From Eledone cirrhosa (Eukaryota), in the NCBI GenBank assembly GCA_964016885.1, contig OZ024741.1, positions 191,084,001 through 191,148,000 of the forward strand: DNA of 64,000 bases, read 5' to 3'. Numbering within the stretch: position 1 is the stretch's first letter; every line of letters starts with the position of its first letter. The notes beneath the pieces were generated by a model. The model was given only the letters and a program-made list of their open reading frames with translations, was not told where the DNA came from and did not search any database. This document shows positions 14,101 through 27,800 of this stretch, piece after piece. A program made the position numbers and the translations under genes.

Positions 14101-17100
14101 ACCACCACCACCACCACCACCAACACTTCCAACACCACTATTATCAAGACATCAACCCCTCTACCACCACCACCACCACCACCACCAACACTTCCAACAC
14201 CACTATTATCAAGACATCAACCCCTCTACCACCACCACCACCACCAACACTTCCAACACCACTATTATCAAGACATCAACCCCTCAACCACCACCACCAC
14301 CACCACCAACACATCCAACACCACTATTATCAAGACATCAACCCCTCTACCACCACCACCACCACCACCAACACTTCCAACACCACTATTATCAAGACAT
14401 CAACCCCTCTACCACCACCACCACCACCACCAACACTTCCAACACCACTATTATCAAGACATCAACCCCTCTACCACCACCACCACCACCACCAACACTT
14501 CCAACACCACTATTATCAAGACATCAACCCCTCTACCACCACCACCACCACCACCAACACTTCCAACACCACTATTATCAAGACATCAACCCCTCTACCA
14601 CCACCACCACCACCAACACTTCCAACACCACTATTATCAAGACATCAACCCCTCTACCACCACCACCACCACCACCAACACTTCCAACACCACTATTATC
14701 AAGACATCAACCCCTCTACCACCACCACCACCACCAACACTTCCAACACCACTATTATCAAGACATCAACCCCTCTACCACCACCACCACCACCACCAAC
14801 ACTTCCAACACCACTATTATCAAGACATCAACCCCTCTACCACCACCACTACCACCAACACTTCCAACACCACTATTATCAAGACATCAACCCCTCTAGC
14901 ACCACCACCACCACCAACACTTCCAACACCACTATTATCAAGACATCAACCCCTCTACCACCACCACCACCACCAACACTTCCAACACCACTATTATCAA
15001 GACATCAACCCCTCTACCACCACCACCACCACCACCAACACTTCCAACACCACTATTATCAAGACATCAACCCCTCTACCACCACCACCACCACCACCAC
15101 CAACACTTCCAACACCACTATTATCAAGACATCAACCCCTCTACCACCACCACCACCACCACCAACACTTCCAACACCACTATTATCAAGACATCAACCC
15201 CTCTACCACCACCACCACCACCAACACTTCCAACACCACTATTATCAAGACATCAACCCCTCTACCACCACCACCACCACCAACACTTCCAACACCACTA
15301 TTATCAAGACATCAACCCCTCTACCACCACCACCACCACCACCAACACTTCCAATACCACTATTATCAAGACATCAACCCCTCTACCACCACCACCACCA
15401 CCACCAACACTTCCAACACCACTATTATCAAGACATCAACCCCTCTACCACCACCACCACCACCACCAACACTTCCAACACCACTATTATCAAGACATCA
15501 ACCCCTCTACCACCACCACCAACACTTCCAACACCACTATTATCAAGACATCAACCCCTCTACCACCACCACCACCACCACCACCAACACTTCCAACACC
15601 ACTATTATCAAGACATCAACCCCTCTACCACCACCACCACCACCAACACTTCCAACACCACTATTATCAAGACATCAACCCCTCTACCACCACCACCACC
15701 ACCACCAACACTTCCAACACCACTATTATCAAGACATCAACCCCTCTACCACCACCACCACCACCACCAACACTTCCAACACCACTATTATCAAGACATC
15801 AACCCCTCTACCACCACCACCACCACCACCAACACTTCCAACACCACTATTATCAAGACATCAACCCCTGTACCACCACCACCACCACCACCAACACTTC
15901 CAACACCACTATTATCAAGACATCAACCCCTCTACCACCACCACCACCACCACCAACACTTCCAACACCACTATTATCAAGACATCAACCCCTCTACCAC
16001 CACCACCACCACCAACACTTCCAACACCACTATTATCAAGACATCAACCCCTGTACCACCACCACCACCACCACCAACACTTCCAACACCACTATTATCA
16101 AGACATCAACCCCTCTACCACCACCACCACCACCACCAACACTTCCAACACCACTATTATCAAGACATCAACCCCTCTACCACCACCACCACCACCAACA
16201 CTTCCAACACCACTATTATCAAGACATCAACCCCTCTACCACCACCACCACCACCAACACTTCCAACACCACTATTATCAAGACATCAACCCCTCTACCA
16301 CCACCACCACCACCACCAACACTTCCAACACCACTATTATCAAGACATCAACCCCTCTACCACCACCACCACCACCACCAACACTTCCAACACCACTATT
16401 ATCAAGACATCAACCCCTCTACCACCACCACCACCACCACCAGCACTTCTAACACCACTATTATCAAGACATCAACCCCTCTACCACCACCACCACCACC
16501 ACCAACACTTCCAACACCACTATTATCAAGACATCAACCCCTCTACCACCACCACCACCACCACCAACACTTCCAACACCACTATTATTAAGACATCAAC
16601 CCCTCTACCACCACCACCACCACCACCACCACCGCCAACACTTCCAACACCACTATTATCAAGACATCAACCCCTCTACCACCACCACCACCACCACCAA
16701 CACTTCCAACACCACTATTATTAAGACATCAACCCCTCTACCACCACCACCACCACCAACACTTCCAACACCACTATTATCAAGACATCAACCCGTCTAC
16801 CACCACCACCACCACCAACACTTCCAACACCACTATTATCAAGACATCAACCACTCTACCACCACCACCACCACCAACACTTCCAACACCACTATTATCA
16901 AGACATCAACCCCTCTACCAGCACCACCACCACCACCACCAACACTTCCAACACCACTATTATCAAGACATCAACCCCTCTACCACCACCACCACCACCA
17001 CCAACACTTCCAACACCACTATTATCAAGACATCAACCCCTCTACCACCACCACCACCACCAACACTTCCAACACCACTATTATCAAGACATCAACCCCT

Positions 17101-18487
17101 CTACCACCACCACCACCACCACCAACACTTCCAACACCACTATTATTAAGACATCAACCCCTCTACCACCACCACCACCACCAACACTTCCAACACCACT
17201 ATTATCAAGACATCAACCCCTCTACCACCACCACCACCACCACCAACACTTCCAACACCACTATTATTAAGACATCAACCCCTCTACCACCACCACCACC
17301 ACCAACACTTCCAACACCACTATTATCAAGACATCAACCACTCTACCACCACCACCACCACCAACACTTCCAACACCACTATTATCAAGACATCAACCCC
17401 TCTACCACCACCACCACCACCACCAACACTTCCAACACCACTATTATCAAGACATCAACCCCTCTACCACCACCACCACCACCACCAACACTTCCAACAC
17501 CACTATTATCTAGACATCAACCCCTCTACCACCACCACCACCACCACCAACACTTCCAACACCACTATTATCAAGACATCAACCCCTCTACCACCACCAC
17601 CACCACCACCAACACTTCCAACACCACTATTATCTAGACATCAACCCCTCTACCACCACCACCACCACCACCAACACTTCCAACACCACTATTATCAAGA
17701 CATCAACCCCTCTACCACCACCACCACCACCACCAACACTTCCAACACCACTATTATCAAGACATCAACCCCTCTACCACCACCACCACCACCACCAACA
17801 CTTCCAACACCACTATTATCAAGACATCAACCCCTCTACCACCACCACCACCACCACCAACACTTCCAACACCACTATTATCAAGACATCAACCCCTCTA
17901 CCACCACCACCACCACCAACACTTCCAACACCACTATTATCAAGACATCAACCCCTCTACCACCACCACCACCACCACCAACACTTCCAACACCACTATT
18001 ATCAAGACATCAACCCCTCTACCACCACCACCACCACCAACACTTCCAACACCACTATTATCAAGACATCAACCCCTCTACCACCACCACCACCACCACC
18101 AACACTTCCAACACCACTATTATTAAGACATCAACCCCTCTACCACCACCACCACCACCACCAACACTTCCAACACCACTATTATCAAGACATCAACCCC
18201 TCTACCACCACCACCACCACCACCACCAACACTTCCAACACCACTATTATCTAGACATCAACCCCTCTACCACCACCACCACCACCACCAACACTTCCAA
18301 CACCACTATTATCAAGACATCAACCCCTCTACCACCACCACCACCACCAACACTTCCAACACCACTATTATCAAGACATCAACCCCTCTACCACCACCAC
18401 CACCACCAACACTTCCAACACCACTATTATCAAGACATCAACCCCTCTACCACCACCACCACCACCACCACCACCAACACTTCCAAC
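8195..18487. repeat. ~10.3 kb minisatellite; unit = 41-bp core + (CCA)n, mostly 59-65 bp
   Basis: Core acacttccaacaccactattatcaagacatcaacccctcta followed by a variable CCA run; roughly 170 near-identical copies. Confidence 0.98.
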
Positions 18488-18626
18488 CCAGCCACCTCCA
18501 TTCTTATATCTATATGTGTATTACTTCCCCTGCATTTATAAACACTTGCACACACATAGATGTACACATATATACACACATGCAGACAAGCACCCACCTC
18601 ACACACACATGTATATATATATATAT

Positions 18627-18658
<32 letters not shown>

Positions 18659-18942
18659 TTCATTTTACGTCCGCTGTCCCTGCTTGCAAGGGTGGGACGG
18701 GAACTGATTCTGGCTTGATTTCTACAGCTGGATGCCCTTCCTAACACCAACCTCATTTACAGTGAGTGGTGGGTGGTTTTTTGCCGTGGCACCTCCACGA
18801 CCACATTTCTACAGCTGAGTAAACTGGAGCAATGTGAAATAAAGTGTCTTGCTCAAGGAAACAACACATCACCCGGTCTGAGAATTGAACTCACAACCTT
18901 TTGATTGCAAAGCCAATGCGCTAACTACTATGCCATGAGCCT

Positions 18943-18946
<4 letters not shown>
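18627..18946 (-). mobile_element. tRNA-derived SINE family 1 with RTE-type tail
   Basis: Reverse complement of 48906-49251 with an internal deletion; A/B-box-like head and (GAT)n tail. Confidence 0.88.
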
Positions 18947-20134
<1,188 letters not shown>

Positions 20135-20142
20135 AAAGTTTT

Positions 20143-20555
20143 ATTTAAATTGTTGGGTTACAACTAGTAAATATTTATAACTGATATAAAAGCACTCAAC
20201 AAGTATTTGGAGTATATTTACGATATTAAATAAATGGAAACTATATTTATAAAACCATATCTATTTCATTATATATATTTCAGGGATATCATATTAACAA
20301 TATGCTATGCCTTCCTCAGACAAAATACAATATAGACAGTTTTATAGATAAATAGATTTGACATACCGTTCAACATCGACTTGTATTTGAAAAGTTGATT
20401 TGGCAGTTGAACGGTATGTCAAATCTATTTATCTATAAAACTGTCTATATTGTATTTTGTCTGAGGAAGGCATAGCATATTGTTAATATGATATCCCTGA
20501 AATATATATAATGAAATAGATATGGTTTTATAAATATAGTTTCCATTTATTTAAT

Positions 20556-20557
<2 letters not shown>
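20143..20557. mobile_element. Penelope-like pLTR fold-back: 152-bp inverted arms (20223-20374 / 20406-20557), 31-bp spacer
   Basis: Arms are exact reverse complements by eye and each carries a hammerhead core; flanked by (TA)n. Same family as 49905-50100/52890-52995. Confidence 0.8.
20453..20518 (+). ncRNA. Putative minimal type-I hammerhead ribozyme
   Basis: tattttgt [stem I] CTGAGGA, imperfect stem II aggcatagcatatt/aatatgatatccct, GAAA, palindromic tatata, TA cleavage site, atgaaata [stem I', with G-U pairs]. Mirror copy on the minus strand at ~20262-20327. Confidence 0.6.
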
Positions 20558-20621
<64 letters not shown>

Positions 20622-20759
20622 CACACACATATATAGTCACATAAATCATACATTATTCTGGATATTACTTAAGATATATTTGGTGCATTCATTTTTACAA
20701 TATCAAAACTTACTATCACCATGATCATCACCATCCCCACCATCACCATTACCATCCAT

Positions 20760-20791
<32 letters not shown>

Positions 20792-21359
20792 GGATAACAA
20801 AGTATCGTTTAAGGTAATCCAGCTTCATTCTTTTACTATATATATATATATATAAGCGTGGGAAAATAGATGTTAAACAGTGATGATGTTGATGATGATG
20901 ATGATGATACTGTATATATATATATATATACATAAATATACATATATATATAAATTCCAAATTGGGAGTGCACAGAACAAAGACAATGGGAAAAAAACAA
21001 TGGAAAGACGAACAGTCCCATCTCCCCAGTCAACCTCTGGAAATCGCTACAGTTTCAGTGCATTAAGGTTGACACCATTCATTCCAATGCACATTGGGAC
21101 ATAACAAAACAGATAGAGACAAGTTATGACTTTAGGCAAATTACAGAAATACAGAGTGCACAAGGGCTTAGCCAAAGGAGAAAAATATAGAAAGGAGAGA
21201 AATAATAAAAGAAAAGAGAATAAGTACTGTTGTCTAACATGGAAACAAAGAAGGACACTGAGGCATAGAAAAGGGGAAAACAGGTCTAATATATGAAAAA
21301 TTAGGGAGCGCATAAAACAAATACAATGAAACAGAAAGACAAACATATATATATATAGT

Positions 21360-21480
21360 AAACTTCTACAGGACAAGAGCTGTTTCATTCATACAAATGA
21401 AACAGTTCTAATCCTGTAGAAGTCGTTTTTATATAAAATAAAGATGCTTGTACTCTACAAATGTATTGTGTACCTTCTTT
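21360..21480. repeat. Short hairpin related to 880-1126
   Basis: acttctacagga...gctgtttcatt / aatgaaacagtt...tcctgtagaagt; shares acagttctaatcctgt(a/g)gaag with 1016-1037. Confidence 0.6.
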
Positions 21481-21524
21481 AACTATGGTGACTTCCCCGA
21501 TCCCCTTGAAGAACCTATATATTA

Positions 21525-21690
21525 GTCCCACACTGTAAATGTGGAAGGGCATCCAGCTGTAGAAAACCCGCCAGACAGTCCTATGCGAGCAAGACAACCA
21601 CTCTTGCTTCAAGTGGGAAAACTCCCGTCCAAACCCATGCAAACGTGGAACATGGACGTTAAACGATGATGATGCTGATGATGATGATAT
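21525..21690 (+). mobile_element. RTE family A 3' UTR fragment
   Basis: gaagggcatccagctgtagaaaac...ggacgttaaac(gat)n; reverse complement of 62947-63120. Confidence 0.75.
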
Positions 21691-21767
21691 TTATATATAT
21701 ATATATATATCATCATCATCATCATCATCATCATCATCGTTTAATGTCCGTATTCCACGCTTGCATG

Positions 21768-21804
<37 letters not shown>

Positions 21805-21811
<7 letters not shown>

Positions 21812-22650
21812 AAGGTTTCAAGGTCCAATTATGACCATCTCCCCAGATTATGCAAGCTGGCACAGACTGGAAGAGCGATCAAATTTGTGACCTAATCATC
21901 AGGCGCTTGAAGATAAGGTTGAAAATAAGGTTGAAAATAAGGTTGAAAATAAGGTTGAAAATAAGGTTGAAAACGTTAAATGTTCATTAATGAAAATTAT
22001 TTGTATATTTAAAACTTGGTATAACAGAGAGAAATAACTGAAGATGTTAAATTGAAATGGTTATGTTAGGGTCCATATTAGTGTGTATACAATATAGCAG
22101 ATGTATGGTATTATGTGGTGGTAAATAATATAGAGGTGTTTATTTTTATTTAAGCTTTGAACTTGAGTTGTTTACATATTATGTGTGGAAAATAGAAAAG
22201 TTATTAAGAAAGTAGAGAGATCAATATAAAGGTGGCTGTAGATCAGGTGAATTCATTGAGTGTATCCATATAGCAAGGAGTGAGTTGTCCTCTGAGATGT
22301 AGACATCATCTAAAAATTTTGTTCTTTGAGTTCAAATAATTATTGTTCATAGAGGACAAACCTTGTAATATCCTAAATTTTTCATTGAGACATTGGCAAC
22401 ATCTGTTAGTACAATTGTTCTAAGGTCTGGACCTTTCAAATATCTTCGAATTAATTTCACATATCTTCTAATTAATTTTATGTGGGACTCCTTTATGCAT
22501 TAGTTGCCAGGATTTTTTTTGCCAGGGCTGTGCTAGTTCTAATATCAGGGTTCCTGGAGGAGTAAAAATGTTGTTTAAAATGATCTTACAGGAGTTGTAT
22601 TTTTCTCCAAGAACCCAAGTTATGTTATACTTTAGTCCAGAAGGCTGGTA
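21805..22650 (-). mobile_element. Penelope-like element 3' remnant (GIY-YIG C-terminus plus degenerate hammerhead)
   Basis: Minus-strand translation with breaks: HFKQHFYSSRNPDIRTSTALAKK..WQL and RCCQCLNEKFRIL...YLNSKNKIFR*CLH, like the CxxC..EK..I...LN...CRH GIY-YIG tail of Penelope-like elements. Downstream ataat-CTGGGGA-..ggtc/gacc..-GAAA-..attat at 21805-21851. Confidence 0.6.
21912..21972. repeat. 12-bp tandem repeat (ataaggttgaaa) x5
   Basis: Visible directly in the sequence. Confidence 0.9.
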
Positions 22651-23180
22651 TATAATCTGCAGCTACAATAATGTATCTCTTGGGTTCTGGATCTTTAAAC
22701 TTCTCATTAATAGTTCTTAGATATCTTCCTTCTCTTGTATCTTTCTTACTGCATTGACATTAAGTGGGAAGCTGACTTCTACAACAGAACCTGGTTTTAA
22801 ACTAAACAACAAGATTGTTTTAATTTGTTGGCAGTTTTTATTTTCAGGTTCCACCAATATTCTTTTGAGCCATCAATCTCAATATACTCATCCCCATTTG
22901 TTGTAGTTGTCTTCTGTAGTGCATTCCAGATCATTCTAGCAATCACATCATGTCTCACGAGGAGGTAGTATTGAAAAGACATTCTTTCAAAGTTGGCAAT
23001 AATGTGGCTAACAATTTTGGCCTTTGTTTTGCACAGCCTATTATCAATTGACAATTTTGTTCTACTCTGCAGTAGGTACTTGGTGGAAATTCCTTCAAGT
23101 TGAGATGTTGTGAGCTTGTTATTTATTCCTTGTGAGTATCTATGTTCTTCTGGTTTTATAATTTCACAAATGTTTACCAA
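22650..23180 (-). mobile_element. R4/Dong-like RLE LINE, degenerate 3' fragment
   Basis: DNRLCK...SHII...YYLLVRHDVIARMIWNAL...EYWWN: decayed CCHC knuckle and RHD motif that precede a restriction-like endonuclease. Confidence 0.65.
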
Positions 23181-23344
23181 TAGAGAAAGAATCAGTTTCT
23201 AACATAGACACAAGACTCTTTCATTGGGATTTACACTACGTAGATACATATGCATGTCAGCATGCATGTGCATGCAAGTATGGATGTTATTGTATATGTA
23301 TGTTTTGAGTTATATGTGTGCATGTGTATATGCTTTGTATCTGT

Positions 23345-23815
23345 ACATGCAGTTATTAGATGCAACATTTTTGGAATGTTTTACATATTTTCACTGTTCT
23401 ATTAATGGATTGTACTTGTCATTTTCTAACAAGTCGTATTCTTTCTGTTTCTGTGAAGCCCAGCTTCTCAAGATTTGTACTAAGGCAGTTACTAACATAC
23501 CCCAGAGCCCCAATAAACAGGTATAAATCTGAAGGTATATCCAGGGTGGAGTATCTGCAAATTTCTCATTAGTTCTGCATAGATATTCTCCTTTTTGCTA
23601 ATCTTTAATATTATATTGGCATTTTCTGGGCAGCTAACTTCCACAAATGTGCATGCCTTCTTTTCCCTGTCCCATATCATAATATCTGGTCTGTTATGCT
23701 TGTATTTTATTGGTGTTTTGACTGGAACATTCCACCAGTACTCTTATGCTGTAGCTTTTAATGTGTTTATTGTCAGGGCTATCTTTTCTACAGATTGCAT
23801 TTCACAGTGTTTTGG
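23345..23815 (-). mobile_element. R4/Dong-like RLE LINE, 3' fragment
   Basis: EYWWNVPVKTPIKYKHNRPDIMIWDREKKACTFVEVSCP...KENIYAELMRNLQILHPGYTFRFIP: PD-(D/E) endonuclease core. Confidence 0.75.
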
Positions 23816-23817
23816 CT

Positions 23818-23945
23818 GTATGTATGTATGTATGTATGTATGTATGTATGTATGTATGTATGTATGTATGTATGTATGTATGTATTCTGTATGTATGTGT
23901 GTACGTATGTACATATGTATGTATTGTATGTATGTATGCGCGTAT
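23818..23945. repeat. (TATG)n microsatellite
   Basis: Visible directly; abuts the 5' break of the R4-like fragment. Confidence 0.95.
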
Positions 23946-24346
23946 GAAATACAAGACCTGGTAAAGGGCGGAGGAACGCAGCAGAGCCAATGGCCCTCCA
24001 AATAGTACTTTTTTTTTTTTTACTTGGGAGTGAAAGGCCCCAGTTGTTCTCACAACACCTTTCTAAGAGAGGGAAACTGAAAAAACCTGTGGCTTCGGCA
24101 GCATCCAATGATGTTGACTAGTTCTCCTTTTCGGGTAGTGTTTTCAATGCTCAGAGAGTGGGATTGGTTGTGTGCAAGGCCCCACTTAAAAAGCCTTCAG
24201 AGCACAGGCATTGCTTGTTCAGGATATGTTACAGGTTTGTGTGTCTGGCCGTAGCCTAAAAGTGTACCACTTTCTGTAATCTGCCAAGCGATTGCAATAA
24301 TCTTAGCAGAGTTTGCAGCCATCATGCATGTATGTATAGCAATAAC

Positions 24347-24537
24347 TGTTTCTACTTTTTGGCACAAGGCCAGCAATTATCCAGTGCATTACTGGTACTT
24401 TATTTTATCGACCCCGTAAGGATGAAAGGCAAAGTTAACCTCGGCGGGATTTGAACTCAGAATGGCAAAGACCGTAACTCTATGCGTCAAAGCATGGCGT
24501 CCGACCCTCTACCGATACTGCCAATCCATCGCCCTAA
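24347..24537 (-). mobile_element. tRNA-derived SINE family 2
   Basis: Homologous to 3336-3552; perfect 15-bp TSD atgtatagcaataac (24332-24346, 24538-24552). Confidence 0.85.
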
Positions 24538-24671
24538 ATGTATAGCAATAACGTCAAGAAAAAAGACTGCTCTGTATTCATAATCAGAGCTAATATTTAT
24601 TTATAATTCGTACACAGGCTTATTTGTTCATGAAACCATTGGTTACAGATGTAATATCATGTGCCCAAATA

Positions 24672-24676
<5 letters not shown>

Positions 24677-24770
<94 letters not shown>

Positions 24771-24785
24771 TCTGTGTGTGTGTTT
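24677..24785. repeat. (GT)n microsatellite
   Basis: Visible directly in the sequence. Confidence 0.95.
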
Positions 24786-24829
24786 GTACAGAGAGAGGGA
24801 GAGTGAGATAAATAAATAAATAGATAGAT

Positions 24830-27800
24830 ATCTTTTTTATTTGCCACAGGGGCGTACAAAAATGGGACATTACAAGACGTGACGGCGGGGGTTTTACATA
24901 AAAATAACTTTAACATTAATAAATAACAATAAACTATATATAAAATAACAATTGAAATCCCCAGTAGTGGGGAACGTTACTGCAGGGTTGTTTTACACCC
25001 CGTGGATAGAACAACCCTCAACACCAGGAACACGTTTTGTAGGTGTTCCCATCTTCCCTCTGTTTATCTTCCTCAACCTACAGGTTTATATATTTATATA
25101 CAGAGAAGGCCCATTCATTCGGGCCATTTTCTCCACATTCACCCACCTTTCAGCGAATTTACTGGGGTGTAGCACCTCTCTCTCCACTCTCACCTTCCTT
25201 CTAAAGTGATACTTAAAGAAGGGGATAAGTTGTTGTCCGGAGAGGAAGGTGTTTGCCCTCAGTCCTTTTAATCTCGTCCACCATATTACCTCTTTCGCCA
25301 TAGCCACCAGACAGAGGAAAACCGCCTCTCCTTCGTTCTTAAATGAAGGCGGCGGGGTGATACTCACGATGACAACTGGATGCGTCCCACATGTGACAGT
25401 AGCTGTTTGACATAATTCCACAGGTCGGTCACCCTTGGGCACTGAACAATTGCGTGCAGAGAGGTTTCGATGTCCTGCTCGCATCTTGGACAGGTCCTTT
25501 TGGCAGGATCTCTGCCAGGGCGTCCGTGCCTGTAGATTTTGTCTCGAACTAGTAGAGCTCCTCGGTAGCACTGCCAGGCCAGAGACCTCTGGAAGTTATC
25601 CAAAGGCCCTGGACGGAAAGTCCTCCCGAACAGACTGGTCAGTTCGTCCTCCGCGATGCCTAGAGTTTCCCCGAAGAACGTCGTCGCACTTATCCTCCAC
25701 TAATCCCCTATAGAATATCGAAGTGGAGTCTCCGCTAATTGCTGTTTCCGCTTGGTAGAGGGCTGTGAGCGCTTGTAGGCACTCAAGGTGCCAGGCACCC
25801 ATTTTCGGTCTTCGCTTGACCCAGGACTGCAGCTCTGTTAGTGAGACGAGCTGTGGAAGAGCTTGACTCACAAATGACAGCCACACCGGTTCACCGGTCA
25901 GGAATTCCTGGAGATGGTGTAGCCTCAGCGCGTGTTTGCGCATCATCATCCACGGCATGCCCAGCTCTCCGTTAGAAGGATGTTAACAGCAGATGGAACT
26001 CCTCACCAATAGAGCCTGCTTCTTCCAGAGGAACGTGAAGAGTAGGCGTTCCATTTTGGTAAGGTATTCGCGGGGGCAAGGCACGACTGTCAAGCGGTAG
26101 TAGATGACGGACGCTATGTAAGTGTTCGCCACCTCCGCTCAACATTTCAAGGAGAGTTTGCACTCAGCCCACTTCTGGGTGAGTGCAAACACCTTCGCCG
26201 TGACCTTGTTCCAGTTCTTGTCCACCTGAGATCTGGAGCAAATCAGACCCCGAGCAATTTCACCGGTCCTTCCGTCCAGCGTCCAACGACACTGTCGGAA
26301 GGCATGGATTTGCCTCTCCATGTGCCGAGTTGCAAACCAACAGACTTGTTTGGATTTAGTCTTGCTCCAACGTTTCGTATTCCTGTAATAGGTGGCCGAT
26401 TACCCCGATTTCCGAGGTTTTCGACACCATTACGGTTATGTCGTCAGCATAGGCCGACGCTACTTTCCGCAGTCCTGGTTCGATCGGGATGCCCTGCAAC
26501 AGCTCCAACTTTCGCAGTAACGGCTCGGGAGTCAGTACATACAGAATGGAGGAGAGAGGGCATCCCTGACGGATGGAACGCATGATCTGGAATGGCTCCG
26601 ATAGGTAGCCATTCACCTTGACTGCCGAGCAGATGCTGGTGTGCATGGCAGCGATCCAGCCTCTGAAGACGGGACCGAAGCCGGCCGCCTTGAGAACTGC
26701 TTCCAAGTATTGATGGTCGACCCTATCAAATGCCTTAGACTGATCTAAATTGATCAGAGCCCCACCGAAGCCAGGTTTACACCCTACCCTCTCTATGATG
26801 TAGCGCATGAGGTGAAGGTTGTCGTGTATGGACCTGGTCGGGATTGCACACGTTTGTGCTTCCCCACCAGGTTCTCGATGACAAGCGCCAGCCACACTGC
26901 TAACACCTTGGCCAAAATCTTTAACTCCGTGTTGAGCAGAGTTATGGGCCTGAAATTGTTTATATCATCCTCCTTGTTCCCATCTTTCCTGATCAGCGTT
27001 ACTACGCCTCTGCCTACAGAACTGGGGATCCTCCCGTTCTGCTGCCAGTTGCAGTAGACCGCTTCGAGGACACCAGAGAGCAAGCCTGGCATGCCTATGT
27101 AAAACTCATAGAGTAGACCATCTAAACCGGGTGATTTGCGTTTACCGCAGCGGCCTAGGGCGTCTTCTATTTCGCCCGCTGTGATCGGCCTTTCGCAGCT
27201 CTCTGCATCCATGCTCGAGAGTCGTGGTACGCTGTTGAGATAGGAGCTGAAGTCCATCACCTCGCTCGACGTATCGCTTTGCCCCAACAGTTGTGTAAAA
27301 TGCTGCTGGAAGACCGTGCACATCTGCTTGGATTCAAGTAGAATGCGTCCATCTTTGTCTTGCAAAGACCGAATTGTGAATTTGTTGCCACTTTTCGCCT
27401 CTGCCACTCGGGCCCAGCTAACAGCTTTGGCTCCCTCGTTTCTTAGAGCACGTGTTGTACTTCTGACAATACAACCTCCGTGTTTCACGTTGAAGAACTG
27501 GTCTAGTGCCGTTCTCGCCATTCCTAAGTGCCTCTTCTATTTTAGTTACCAGTTCCTTTTCAGTTTTGTTTGTTTCTAAAGCTACTTCCTTGCTAAATGC
27601 TATCGATTCTATTCTAATTGCTCTCTTGAGAGAGCTCCACCACCTGTTGTTGACGATCGCCCCGCCAACTGGCACTTAACTAAGGTGCTAATCCGTTTAC
27701 TGTAGGCCTTACGTGCAGGGAGCGACATGTTTAGCTTCCAGTATCCGGGTCCCTGTCTGTTTGTTCTATCAAGGTTGACTACGCAGGTGACGAATTTGTG

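Noticed and set aside
8195-18487. CRISPR-like repeat/spacer look
   Set aside because: Spacers are only (CCA)n, there are no cas genes, and the context is eukaryotic.
20223-20557. MITE/DNA-transposon reading of the palindromes
   Set aside because: One arm usually extends beyond the symmetric part, there are no shared TIR ends across families, and hammerhead/GIY-YIG signatures favour a Penelope-like origin. Not fully excluded for 880-1126 and 1303-1410.
22300-22315. In-frame TGA as selenocysteine in a Penelope-like ORF
   Set aside because: TGA precedes the conserved Cys rather than replacing it, and the remnant has other stops and frameshifts.
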